This document shows, piece by piece, positions 55,469 through 64,000 of a DNA stretch of 64,000 bases. A program made the translations under genes and the position numbers. The number at the start of each line of letters is the position of its first letter. The stretch's first letter is position 1. The stretch spans positions 1 to 64,000 of IMG/VR virus record IMGVR_UViG_3300014838_000016; one strand, 5' to 3'. The notes below the pieces were generated by a model. The model did no database searches, had not been told where the DNA came from, and worked only from the letters and a program-made list of their open reading frames with translations. This DNA is from a virus.

Positions 55469-55997
55469 CTCGAAATATTACGCCGTCCATCGTGAGGAAA
55501 TACTTGCTAAAGGGCGGGCGCGGTACCACGCTAATCATGAAAAATCTCTTGCGAGGAATAAGAAAAATCGCGAGGAGAACAGAGAGTATTTTCGTGAGTA
55601 CGGTCGAACGTCGAGGGTCAAGCTTAGAAAGCAGTGTATTGAGCATTACGGTGGTAAATGTGTTTGCTGCGGCGAAACGACCTACGAGTTTTTAGCATTC
55701 GATCATAAGAACAACGACGGCAATAAACAACGAGAAGAGACTAAGGTTTTGGGTTCTGGGTTTGTACGTTGGTTAATAGACAACAATTTCCCCGATGATA
55801 TTCAAATTTTGTGTCATAATTGCAATTGTGCGAGGGGATGGTACGGAACGTGCCCCCATCAACGAGTGAGGTCAAATGAAAACAATCATGATGATTCGCT
55901 GCTACAAGCAGAACGGGCACAAAGCATGGATCGCACTTCGCAACGTGGGCGATCATTACGACATCCTGATGGGAGTGATCCAGATCAACGAGGCTGA
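55446..55997 (+). CDS. HNH endonuclease
   Basis: YGGKCVCCG..DHKNNDG..QILCHNCN. Confidence 0.8.
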   Translation: MRNSKQNNSKYYAVHREEILAKGRARYHANHEKSLARNKKNREENREYFREYGRTSRVKLRKQCIEHYGGKCVCCGETTYEFLAFDHKNNDGNKQREETKVLGSGFVRWLIDNNFPDDIQILCHNCNCARGWYGTCPHQRVRSNENNHDDSLLQAERAQSMDRTSQRGRSLRHPDGSDPDQRG

Positions 55998-56148
55998 TCC
56001 TCAGGTCAGCATCAAACCTAACGGCAAAACCATCACGACGCTGGTGGAAGCCCTCGTGGACTTCAAGGCTCGCTGCAATTTCTACGTCGAGAGTGGCTGG
56101 CAGGCCGACTCCATATTCCAGAAACTCATGGACGGGTTAATCTCATGA
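55876..56148 (+). CDS. hypothetical protein
   Basis: GAGG RBS; overlaps the HNH tail. Confidence 0.6.
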   Translation: MKTIMMIRCYKQNGHKAWIALRNVGDHYDILMGVIQINEADPQVSIKPNGKTITTLVEALVDFKARCNFYVESGWQADSIFQKLMDGLIS

Positions 56149-56378
56149 AGTTCATTGTTGACAATGGTCCGTGGGTAATCGCTGCTGTCGTTTGGCTTTT
56201 CATGCTGGGCATCATCGAGGCTCCGACCCCTAAGCTCCTCAGGATAAAACGCATCGTCGGCTACACCGTTATCACCCTGTGGATATGGGGAGCGATGATT
56301 TCGGGGCTATACGTCAACCAGCAACCCCCCGTTATTCAACAACATATCGACCCTCCCGCTCGCTGGTGGAAGGGCTGA
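56145..56378 (+). CDS. two-TM membrane protein
   Basis: Two hydrophobic helices. Confidence 0.65.
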   Translation: MKFIVDNGPWVIAAVVWLFMLGIIEAPTPKLLRIKRIVGYTVITLWIWGAMISGLYVNQQPPVIQQHIDPPARWWKG

Positions 56379-56430
56379 AATTCCTAGCGATTTTCCCAGT
56401 TTTCTTGGTATAATAGGGCTGGAGGGACCT

Positions 56431-56775
56431 ATGTACACAGGGAAAATTATCAACGATGGCGTCATTAAGGACGTTGACCGCGTGGTCACCAACGGCAAGG
56501 GTAAAAGGCTTGATCTATACGCGAGCCTCAAAATGGTGAACCACTCCCCCACTGGGTTTTGTTGGGGCTACGGCGGCAGCGGTCCCGCTCAGCTTGCTCT
56601 CGCGATCCTGCTCGATCACTTTGACGGTGACAAGGAACGCGCTTTGTCCCTATATCAGGATTTCAAGTCCAAGGTCATCGCCGATCTGCCGATGGACAGC
56701 GATTTCGTTCTGACGGATGAACAGATCGAGAGTGCCATCAGTGAGATCGACGTGGAACGGATGAAAATCGCGTAA
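56431..56775 (+). CDS. DUF6166 domain protein
   Basis: NHSPTGFCWGYGGSGPAQLALAIL. Confidence 0.8.
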   Translation: MYTGKIINDGVIKDVDRVVTNGKGKRLDLYASLKMVNHSPTGFCWGYGGSGPAQLALAILLDHFDGDKERALSLYQDFKSKVIADLPMDSDFVLTDEQIESAISEIDVERMKIA

Positions 56776-57176
56776 TGCCCGTCAAATTGCCATTGGCGAA
56801 AGTAGTGGCGTTGCGGAATCCGTACTCCGACTGTCCATGGGGACATTCCCCGATTCGCCCGTGGGAGATACGGAAGGCGATAGCGGAAAAGAGGCTCCGA
56901 GCCAAGCTAACGGATGGCTGGAGTGGTAACTTTTCGAGGAAAGAAAACATCGAGCGGATCGCTTACTTCGCAGTGCGAGGTTGGCGTACCGCAGTCGCGA
57001 TTGATGTGGGGGTGCCCGGATTGAGTTTCTTCGAGCCGGGCCTAACTGACGGATACCATCGATTGTCGGCGGCGATGTTTCGGAAGGATTCTCATATTCG
57101 AGCAATCGTGGATGGCGACTTAAACTTCGCCTTCGAATTGTTCGGGGTTAACTGCGAGGAAAAGCATGGCCGATAA
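56775..57176 (+). CDS. ParB/Srx-like nuclease-domain protein
   Basis: DGYHRLSAA. Confidence 0.6.
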   Translation: MPVKLPLAKVVALRNPYSDCPWGHSPIRPWEIRKAIAEKRLRAKLTDGWSGNFSRKENIERIAYFAVRGWRTAVAIDVGVPGLSFFEPGLTDGYHRLSAAMFRKDSHIRAIVDGDLNFAFELFGVNCEEKHGR

Positions 57177-57756
57177 ATTGATCGTGCGGTATTGGGATGA
57201 TCCAGTCCTGTCCACCCTTTGCGATGCGGTGGACGATAGCGAGTTCGGCCCGCAGTTGGGCGAGTTCGCAGTCTCGTTGCTGACAGCAATGGGCGATAGA
57301 AATGGTGTTGGTCTGGCGGCTCCGCAGGTGGGCATCACTAAGCGTATTTTTGCCATGTGTTTCCCTGACGACGAAGAAGTCAATCGTCGGTGGTCCGTCG
57401 CCGGACTACCAGCTAAAGTGAGGAAGGCAATCGTCGTGTGCAATCCGACGCTGGTATTTGAGGGCAAAACGGTGTATGCTCGTGAAGGTTGCCTATCGTT
57501 ACCCGGGATTCATGAACAGGTCTCCCGAGCCCAGACCGTAACGATGCAGTATCAGCAGACGGATGGCGTAGCGAAAGAAATCGTACTGACGGACATCAAT
57601 GCCCGAGTCGCACAGCATGAGTTCGATCACTTGAACGGCATCATGTTCTTCAACTACACGGACAAGCGTCCGCAGTACGGGACACGGATGTCAAAGCAGG
57701 TGAGCAAGCAAGTCCTGCGGGATTGGGAAAAGGAAAGATCGAAACGGGGTATCTAA
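57166..57756 (+). CDS. def: peptide deformylase
   Basis: GVGLAAPQVG, EGCLS, HEFDH. Confidence 0.95.
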   Translation: MADKLIVRYWDDPVLSTLCDAVDDSEFGPQLGEFAVSLLTAMGDRNGVGLAAPQVGITKRIFAMCFPDDEEVNRRWSVAGLPAKVRKAIVVCNPTLVFEGKTVYAREGCLSLPGIHEQVSRAQTVTMQYQQTDGVAKEIVLTDINARVAQHEFDHLNGIMFFNYTDKRPQYGTRMSKQVSKQVLRDWEKERSKRGI

Positions 57757-57757
57757 C

Positions 57758-57982
57758 ATGGGTAGGTACGACTACTGGGGACAGGAAAACAGTCTGGATT
57801 TCGATCACCCGCATCTGACGCTGTTCGTAGGTGATGGCGTGGCGGTGATCGTGGGTAGCAAGACGTATCGCGGTACGCTGATGTTTGACGTAGATCGTTG
57901 GTATGTCAAGATCGCTGGCGTTGAGCCGGGAGAACCCGATGAGGTTGTGATCGTCGGCGGCAGAGGAATTGCAAAGCTCTAA
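57758..57982 (+). CDS. hypothetical protein
   Basis: Packed ORF. Confidence 0.6.
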   Translation: MGRYDYWGQENSLDFDHPHLTLFVGDGVAVIVGSKTYRGTLMFDVDRWYVKIAGVEPGEPDEVVIVGGRGIAKL

Positions 57983-57991
57983 AGGGATAAT

Positions 57992-58204
57992 ATGATACTG
58001 CCTTGTGGATGCCCGCCGCCAGCCCCAGAGACATTCTGGACGCTGTTTCATGATTTAGCTCATTGGGAGTTCGAAATATTCCTGATGCTGATATTCGACG
58101 GCATCATCGGTGCGGGCGTTATCGGCTTCTGTTGGCCGCGTGTCAAGAAGCACTGGAAGCATCATCTCGAAAGAGATAAAGAAGAGGGAAAGAATGGGCA
58201 CTAA
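57992..58204 (+). CDS. membrane protein
   Basis: TM helix. Confidence 0.6.
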   Translation: MILPCGCPPPAPETFWTLFHDLAHWEFEIFLMLIFDGIIGAGVIGFCWPRVKKHWKHHLERDKEEGKNGH

Positions 58205-58889
58205 GATTGAAATGCGGGTGAGAGATGCAGAGATAACGATCCTCCACGCTGAGGGGTTTGCATCTCGGCATATCGCCGATAAACTGGGGCTTGCCCTGCA
58301 TATTATTCAGCAGCGATTAAAAGTTTTGGGATTAAATTCTAACCCGTACCACCATCAAATTATCATCAAGGATGATGGTTCGGTGGATTGCTCAAAGTGT
58401 GGTAAAAATTTACGTCTCGTAGACTTACCTATGCAGGTCCGCAAGAAGCATAGCTATAGATTGTCATACTGCCGAGATTGTCGCACCAATCAGACCAAGG
58501 CGGTTTTGGCGGGTGGTTTTGATTCGTGGGCGGCACAAAAATTCAGTAACGTTAAAAGTAGTGCTAAGCGGAGAGGAATTCCGTTCACGATTACCAAGGA
58601 AGAGATTTATCGTTTGTTTGAAAAGCAATCTGGAAAGTGCTTTTACACTGGCGTAGAGATGACGCTGCACGTCCAACGCGGGTGGAGCCCAGCCGCACTC
58701 TCATGGGATCGCGTGCGTTCAGTAGAAGGGTATGTAAGCGGAAACGTGGTGCTCTGCACAGCGCGAGCTAATGCCATTAAGCGTGATATGACGTTAGAAG
58801 AAATGCGGGAATGGATGCCCCATTGGTACGCTAGGGTCGTACAGTTCATGGAGGAAGGCGATGGGCGATTTTACAGAGCAACGGTTTGA
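58194..58889 (+). CDS. HNH-like homing endonuclease (HTH + Zn ribbon + nuclease)
   Basis: KCFYTG..SWDR....GY..GNVVLC..N..K; paralog of 62248..62865. Confidence 0.8.
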   Translation: MGTKIEMRVRDAEITILHAEGFASRHIADKLGLALHIIQQRLKVLGLNSNPYHHQIIIKDDGSVDCSKCGKNLRLVDLPMQVRKKHSYRLSYCRDCRTNQTKAVLAGGFDSWAAQKFSNVKSSAKRRGIPFTITKEEIYRLFEKQSGKCFYTGVEMTLHVQRGWSPAALSWDRVRSVEGYVSGNVVLCTARANAIKRDMTLEEMREWMPHWYARVVQFMEEGDGRFYRATV

Positions 58890-59949
58890 TTATTCCGCTG
58901 GGCGTAAAGATGCCCCCGAGTTAGTCATCATGGTTGGCATTAGTGGATCAGGTAAATCCACGATTGCCAATAGCCGAGTGAATAGGGGGCGGGGTAATGT
59001 TGTGCGCCTGAACAGGGATAGTTTACGTGCTATGCTTTACGCCGATGTTCCATGGAGTTCCAAGCTCGAAACCTTGACTCGTACTTTAGAGCGGGAAGCC
59101 GCTAGGCTGGCTTTGCAAATGGGAAAGGATTGTGTAATTGATGACACCAATTGTCATCGAAATGTTCGCCAGAAATGGGAAGAGTTTGCGGTCGAGCAGA
59201 AGGTCAAGTTGTGTTTCTTGGTGATGGATGTTCCGTTGAAGGAGTGTGTTGAGCGGGACATTGCACGTGGAGTTCCTTGCCCAACCTGCGGGACACCGAA
59301 GGGTGTTATGGTTGGTGAAGTAATCATCCGCCGCCAGTACAAGGATTTGACGAGTTTCAATATGAGCAATCGAGACAACACGCCGCCGACCGCACCAACC
59401 CGAGCTTGGATGGAGCGGCAGGCCCTATTGAAGGGTGGGTTCGTACCCCGTCTCGTGGGGCGTCCATGGGTGCTCGTGGATGTTGATGGGACACTTGCCG
59501 ACCATACGGGGGTGAGAGGGCCATTTGAAGAACATAAAGTCCTGCTCGATAATCCTTACTCCGTAGTCGTTGAGTGGGTCAGGGCTTTATACCCATCCCA
59601 TAATGTTTGCGTGGTTTCTGGGAGGCATGACTTTTGCGGGGATGATACGGTGGAATGGCTGGAGGGACACGCCGTTCCTTTTGACCATATACTCATGCGA
59701 CACAATGGCGATAATCGTTCTGACGTAATTGTCAAACAGGAGATTCTTGATGAGCTTGCAGCAGTGATCGGCAAAGAAAATATTGCCTTCGCCATTGACG
59801 ATAGACCCCGTGTCGTGACTATGTGGAGGAACAACGGGGTCAAAGTATATCCCGTGCGCGGCACCACGGAACATTCGTCAAGCTGTACCCCCGACTACGA
59901 CTCGAAGCTACGGGTCTGTGTAAACTGTGGGGCTTTAGCGGATTTTTAG
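58861..59949 (+). CDS. polynucleotide 5'-kinase/3'-phosphatase (T4 PseT-like)
   Basis: GISGSGKST, NRD, DDTN; HAD motifs DVDGT, SGR, DDR. Confidence 0.92.
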   Translation: MGDFTEQRFDYSAGRKDAPELVIMVGISGSGKSTIANSRVNRGRGNVVRLNRDSLRAMLYADVPWSSKLETLTRTLEREAARLALQMGKDCVIDDTNCHRNVRQKWEEFAVEQKVKLCFLVMDVPLKECVERDIARGVPCPTCGTPKGVMVGEVIIRRQYKDLTSFNMSNRDNTPPTAPTRAWMERQALLKGGFVPRLVGRPWVLVDVDGTLADHTGVRGPFEEHKVLLDNPYSVVVEWVRALYPSHNVCVVSGRHDFCGDDTVEWLEGHAVPFDHILMRHNGDNRSDVIVKQEILDELAAVIGKENIAFAIDDRPRVVTMWRNNGVKVYPVRGTTEHSSSCTPDYDSKLRVCVNCGALADF

Positions 59950-59961
59950 ACGGAGGACACA

Positions 59962-60198
59962 ATGAAACACATGGCTGCTAATCTTATGGTGGATATGTCG
60001 CATCGCAACCGTTCGGAGAACACAATGAAACCTGCAATAGCTGAACTCGTGGCTGATCTCAGAAAAGAGTTCGATGAGTTGGTCGAAGTGCTCGAAGGCG
60101 ACGGCTTCTGCACGAAGCGGGAGTGCATGTGCGATCATGCGAAGCCCGTGGTGAAGATGAACGATCTCATCACGAAGCTGGAGCAGGAGGCAAACTGA
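59962..60198 (+). CDS. hypothetical protein
   Basis: GGAGG RBS. Confidence 0.6.
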   Translation: MKHMAANLMVDMSHRNRSENTMKPAIAELVADLRKEFDELVEVLEGDGFCTKRECMCDHAKPVVKMNDLITKLEQEAN

Positions 60199-60590
60199 TG
60201 GGGTACATGATCCTCAAGCTGAATGACGGTAAGCGGGATTTCTACATCGAATGGTCAACGCACACTGATGCCCCGCGAACCTTCGGCATGACGCTGAATG
60301 AGTTCACCGCGTTCTACCGTGACGAGTACGGTCGCAGTAGCATGTTGGAGTTTCAGGAGCGGATGGAACGGGTCGAAGCGAAAGGGACTTCCGACTACTG
60401 CGAGGAGTCTGTGGATGAGACTATCGCCCGCAATCATGCAGGCAAGGATGGCACCTGCCTGACGAAGGAACAGATCATCAAGGTTTACTGCCACGAACGT
60501 CAGAAGCCCGTAACGGAAGAGGGTGTTGACCCGTGGGCTGAGGAAAAGGCCGCAGAAGCGGCAATGGAAGCACGCAGAGGAGTAATCTGA
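60198..60590 (+). CDS. hypothetical protein
   Basis: AGGAGG RBS, TGATG coupling. Confidence 0.7.
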   Translation: MGYMILKLNDGKRDFYIEWSTHTDAPRTFGMTLNEFTAFYRDEYGRSSMLEFQERMERVEAKGTSDYCEESVDETIARNHAGKDGTCLTKEQIIKVYCHERQKPVTEEGVDPWAEEKAAEAAMEARRGVI

Positions 60591-60889
60591 TGTTGTGTTG
60601 GGGTGGTAATTCCAAGGAAACGTCGATCACTGTCGCGATGCAGCCGAACCTGTTTCAGCGAGGCGATAAGATTCGGGTCAGCGGGTTTGTGAACAGTAAT
60701 AACGGTTTGTTCGTAGTCAGGCGTGCGATGGGCACGAGCTACATCGTGCAGCCTGCCGATTGGTGGGATTATCTCACGCATTACGCCTCGAAGTTCTGGA
60801 ACGAAGTGCAGTGGAAGTTTTGGGGCGTGGTCAACAATCTGGAGGATGTATGGAACCGACTGCTGGAAAAACTAAAGCGATTACGCTGA
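60590..60889 (+). CDS. hypothetical protein
   Basis: GAGGAG RBS. Confidence 0.65.
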   Translation: MLCWGGNSKETSITVAMQPNLFQRGDKIRVSGFVNSNNGLFVVRRAMGTSYIVQPADWWDYLTHYASKFWNEVQWKFWGVVNNLEDVWNRLLEKLKRLR

Positions 60890-61104
60890 TCGTTCTCGCA
60901 TTTTCGATGCTGCTCATGACGGGGTGCCAGATGAACTCTGCACCAAGGGGGTTGAAGGGCGGCGACATCACATATTTTCGTGACAGCCGAACGGACTTGT
61001 GTTTCGCGGCAATCAACAGCAATGCTTCGGGGTACAACGTCACCAGCATCACGAACGTGCCCTGCACTGATTTGGTCAACAAGGCAATAGCTGGAGGATC
61101 GTAA
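60850..61104 (+). CDS. putative lipoprotein
   Basis: GGAGG RBS; signal peptide ending LMTG-C. Confidence 0.65.
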   Translation: MEPTAGKTKAITLIVLAFSMLLMTGCQMNSAPRGLKGGDITYFRDSRTDLCFAAINSNASGYNVTSITNVPCTDLVNKAIAGGS

Positions 61105-62258
61105 TGCCTGTTTACTTGAAGGACGTTTTGCCTGTCGATCTGCTGCTCAAGCACATCGAGGACGGCGTAATCCGTAAGCAGGTCCATCCCGACTATCCCG
61201 ATCAGCTTTACATCCTGAATTACTCCGAGCAGGCTCAGTTCGGTCGCATCTGGGATGCGGCGACCAATGTGTGCCGTGGGTTGATCTGTGCCGTTCAGCC
61301 CGAGGGCGATATTGTGATCGCTCGCGGCTTCAACAAGTTCCACAACTACAACACGGAGTTCGTGCCCGAGACGTTGGACGCGAACCTGCCGAGCATCACG
61401 CCGCTGGCGACCCAGAAGTTGGATGGGTCGATGGGACTGCCGTATCGCTGGGATGGTAAGTGGTGGGTTGCAACTCGTGGCTCGTTTGCTTCGGATCAGG
61501 CGAAGTGGGCGACGGAGTGGCTCCGTCGCAGCTACCCGTCCTTCCATACGGGCACGCTTTCAACGCCCGTGTGCGAAGTAATCTACAAGGAAAACCGCAT
61601 TGTCGTTGACTACGACTTTGAGGGACTCGTATTGCTCGGCTTCGTGGACAAAGCGACGGGCTACGAACTCAGTCGGCTGTTCTGTGAGGACTGGGCATTC
61701 TCGCAATCTTTCCCTATCGTCAAGAAGTTCAACAAGACGTTGACGGAATGTGCTGCCGAGAACAACCTGAATGAAGAGGGCTACGTCTTGACTTACACGA
61801 CCCTTGCTGATGTACCGCCCCTGAAGATCAAGGTGAAGTTCGCGGACTATGTGCGCCTGCACCGCATCTTGACTGGCTTGAATCCCAAGGCGATCTGGGA
61901 AATGCTGGAGGCCGGGCAGAACGAGGCAATCGACACCATCATCGCCGACCCGACGATGCCCGCTCAATTCATCGAGTGGTTCGCTGGGTGGGTGGGGCAG
62001 TTGCGTGCTCGGTACGCTGAACTTGAGCGTAAAGCACTGGACGTGTTTAGCCTGCGGCCTTTCAAGGGTCCGTGGGCCTCGGAACCATCGAAGGAAGCCG
62101 TAGCGATGGTTCGTAAGGCGACGGCGTTGTACTTCCAGAAGACGCCCGAATTGTGCTCGATCCTGTTCGCGATGCTGGATAAAAAAGACTACGGAAGCAT
62201 TATATGGGGTAAGATCAAACCACGTGCCGATGCAACTTTCAAAAAAGATGGAGAGTGA
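61104..62258 (+). CDS. RNA ligase 1 (T4 Rnl1/RnlA-like)
   Basis: CRGL, FNKFHN, motif I KLDGS, ATRGSF, EGYV, KIKVKFADYVRLH. Confidence 0.92.
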   Translation: MPVYLKDVLPVDLLLKHIEDGVIRKQVHPDYPDQLYILNYSEQAQFGRIWDAATNVCRGLICAVQPEGDIVIARGFNKFHNYNTEFVPETLDANLPSITPLATQKLDGSMGLPYRWDGKWWVATRGSFASDQAKWATEWLRRSYPSFHTGTLSTPVCEVIYKENRIVVDYDFEGLVLLGFVDKATGYELSRLFCEDWAFSQSFPIVKKFNKTLTECAAENNLNEEGYVLTYTTLADVPPLKIKVKFADYVRLHRILTGLNPKAIWEMLEAGQNEAIDTIIADPTMPAQFIEWFAGWVGQLRARYAELERKALDVFSLRPFKGPWASEPSKEAVAMVRKATALYFQKTPELCSILFAMLDKKDYGSIIWGKIKPRADATFKKDGE

Positions 62259-62865
62259 GGTTCTAGAATTTCACGCAGGGGGTCTTTGGTCTCATGAGAT
62301 TGCCCGTCGTACAGGTGTGTCTTACGGGGGAGTACAATACATACTGTCTCGTGCTGGGCTACAGCCTAATCCTAAAAATTACAAAGTTGAACGTAAAGGA
62401 AGCCTGATTGTATGCGGGACATGCCATAAACCGAAACTGGCGAAAGCATTCTATGCAAGATCAGGTTATAAACGATGCCGAAAATGCCTCAAACAGCATA
62501 GGATTGATCGGCTCAACTCCGACCCCGTATGGTTTTTTCGAGAACGATGCGTTGCAATTCGTAAGCGGGCGAGGACGAAGGTTGGTATCACCCCTGAGTT
62601 TTTGATGGGACTGTTCACAAAACAAGGGGGTAAATGTTTTTATACCGATGTCGATATGGTTTGTTTAGCGGGCCGAGGAAAAAATCAAGCAGCTACGTCG
62701 GTAGATCGGATTAGATCGAACAAAGGCTACACCAAAAATAATGTGGTGCTCTGCACCCTTAAAGCCAATACCGTTAAGAGTAATCTGACTCTCGCGGAGT
62801 TGCAAAGCTGGCTCCCCGACTGGTTTCAGCGGTTAGTAGATGCGGGGTTAGTTTCAAATACTTGA
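62248..62865 (+). CDS. HNH-like homing endonuclease
   Basis: KCFYTD..SVDR....GY..NNVVLC..N..K. Confidence 0.8.
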   Translation: MESEVLEFHAGGLWSHEIARRTGVSYGGVQYILSRAGLQPNPKNYKVERKGSLIVCGTCHKPKLAKAFYARSGYKRCRKCLKQHRIDRLNSDPVWFFRERCVAIRKRARTKVGITPEFLMGLFTKQGGKCFYTDVDMVCLAGRGKNQAATSVDRIRSNKGYTKNNVVLCTLKANTVKSNLTLAELQSWLPDWFQRLVDAGLVSNT

Positions 62866-62919
62866 AACCAAAGGGGTTATTCCTGAAGTTTTCACCGGTT
62901 TCCTTGGTATAATATGGGT

Positions 62920-63186
62920 ATGACACTCATCAAATCGCTGTTATCAATTTTGGGTCGTTGCACCCACAGACGGCATTCATGGCCCCAGACGATCAAGATA
63001 GGCGACGATAAAAAGACCACGGTCGCTTGTTTGGATTGTGGCAAAAGGGTGCCGTACGATTGGGCGGGATTAGGTAAGGAAGGGAAGATCAATCCGCCCC
63101 GACTTACAGCCCCGCGCCGAACGATTTTGGACAAGCCGGGGAAATACGATCTCAGCAGTACCGCCGCAGCAGGAGCCGAAAAATGA
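62920..63186 (+). CDS. small Zn-binding protein (C.H..P....CLDCGK..YDW)
   Basis: Motif; ATG 6 nt after TATAAT. Confidence 0.65.
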   Translation: MTLIKSLLSILGRCTHRRHSWPQTIKIGDDKKTTVACLDCGKRVPYDWAGLGKEGKINPPRLTAPRRTILDKPGKYDLSSTAAAGAEK

Positions 63187-64000
63187 ACAGAGACGCGGCA
63201 CTGACAGCCATCCGAAAGCTACAGGCGAACGGCTTCGAAGCGTTCCTCGTCGGCGGCTGTGTGCGCGACATGATTCTCGGCAACGAGCCGAAAGATTTCG
63301 ACGTGACCACCAACGCTCTTCCACAGGACGTACAGGACATCTTCGAGAAGACCCTGCCCGTGGGTGCCAGCTTCGGCGTTGTCATCGTGGTTCTCGACGG
63401 ACACCAGATTGAGGTTGCTACTTACCGCACAGACGGTCTGTACTCGGACGGTCGCCGCCCTGACACAGTTGAGTTCGGTAAGACCGCAAAGGAAGACGTG
63501 GAACGTCGCGATTTCACCATGAACGGCTTGCTCCTGACAACGCCGATGGATTTCCCTGTCAAGGGCGTTACTGTCGAGGACCACGACATGTTCGACGGCT
63601 ACGGCATCGTTGACTTCGTAGGCGGGCGGGAGGACATCAAGGCCCGACTTATCCGCTGCATCGGCGATCCCAACAAGCGGTTCACGGAGGACGCCCTGCG
63701 TATGATGCGGGCGATGCGCTTCGCCGCGAAGCTTGGCTTCGACATCGAACCTGAGACATTGAAGGCGATCACCGTCAATGCATCGAAGATGATGAACATC
63801 AGCCGCGAGCGAGTGGCGATGGAACTGTTCAAGCTGCTGACGGCCCCGTTCCCTCTCAAGGGGCTCGTACCCCTGTTCGCCTCGGGGTTGGCGGCACACG
63901 TGTTCCCGAAGGAATTCATGGACAACGTTCTGCTAGGCCGCACGTTACGGCGGTTTACGGAATTCCCTACGCCGAATCCAACGCTGGCGATGGCGATGTT
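63183..64000 (+). CDS. cca: CCA-adding tRNA nucleotidyltransferase, class II (runs off window edge)
   Basis: Manual translation: LVGGCVRD..KDFD..EVATYR..DGRRP..EDVERRDFTMN..EDALRMMRAMRF..SRER. Confidence 0.9.
   Translation, partial: MNRDAALTAIRKLQANGFEAFLVGGCVRDMILGNEPKDFDVTTNALPQDVQDIFEKTLPVGASFGVVIVVLDGHQIEVATYRTDGLYSDGRRPDTVEFGKTAKEDVERRDFTMNGLLLTTPMDFPVKGVTVEDHDMFDGYGIVDFVGGREDIKARLIRCIGDPNKRFTEDALRMMRAMRFAAKLGFDIEPETLKAITVNASKMMNISRERVAMELFKLLTAPFPLKGLVPLFASGLAAHVFPKEFMDNVLLGRTLRRFTEFPTPNPTLAMAM

Noticed and set aside
55876-56148. WGR domain
   Set aside because: Only a vague pattern; the WGR motif itself is absent
63219-63899. 226 aa minus-strand ORF and similar antisense ORFs (e.g. 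11963..12688, 60831..61547, 24503..25168)
   Set aside because: Shadow frames of GC3-rich genes with clear motifs on the opposite strand

Overview
This window looks like a 64 kb piece of a large (jumbo-type) dsDNA tailed phage genome using standard genetic code 11. Two families typical of Acidobacteria hint at a soil Acidobacteria host (inference). Four blocks are visible. (i) 1-6.2 kb: a Dam-like methyltransferase and a ~1690 aa Ig/FN3 virion protein with a DUF3494 ice-binding-type domain, interrupted by an in-frame TAA. (ii) 6.2-32.3 kb, mostly + strand: replication and accessory genes, including a possible beta clamp, a Rad50/SMC C-half, a TOPRIM primase, an RdgC-like protein, DnaX, a DRB0094-type RNA ligase, NUDIX, an extended NusG paralog, a degenerate capsid-like protein, Pth2, a DUF5715 peptidase and GIY-YIG/HNH endonucleases. 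(iii) 32.3-49.1 kb, - strand: repeat-rich fibre/decoration genes with a second DUF3494 domain, interrupted by a DUF1360/HNH/GT2 cassette. (iv) 49.4-64 kb, + strand: early-type genes including peptide deformylase, PNKP, Rnl1 and a CCA-adding enzyme. The best novel-system candidate is a virion surface-decoration system. A G-S-P-[P/A] motif recurs about 19 times across seven structural ORFs at apparent loop tips, both ice-binding domains are inserted at such a site, and a glycosyltransferase and a CxxC membrane protein sit among these Cys-enriched genes. No CRISPR array, tRNA, rRNA or reverse transcriptase was seen. All family calls come from motif recognition by eye, not database searches.
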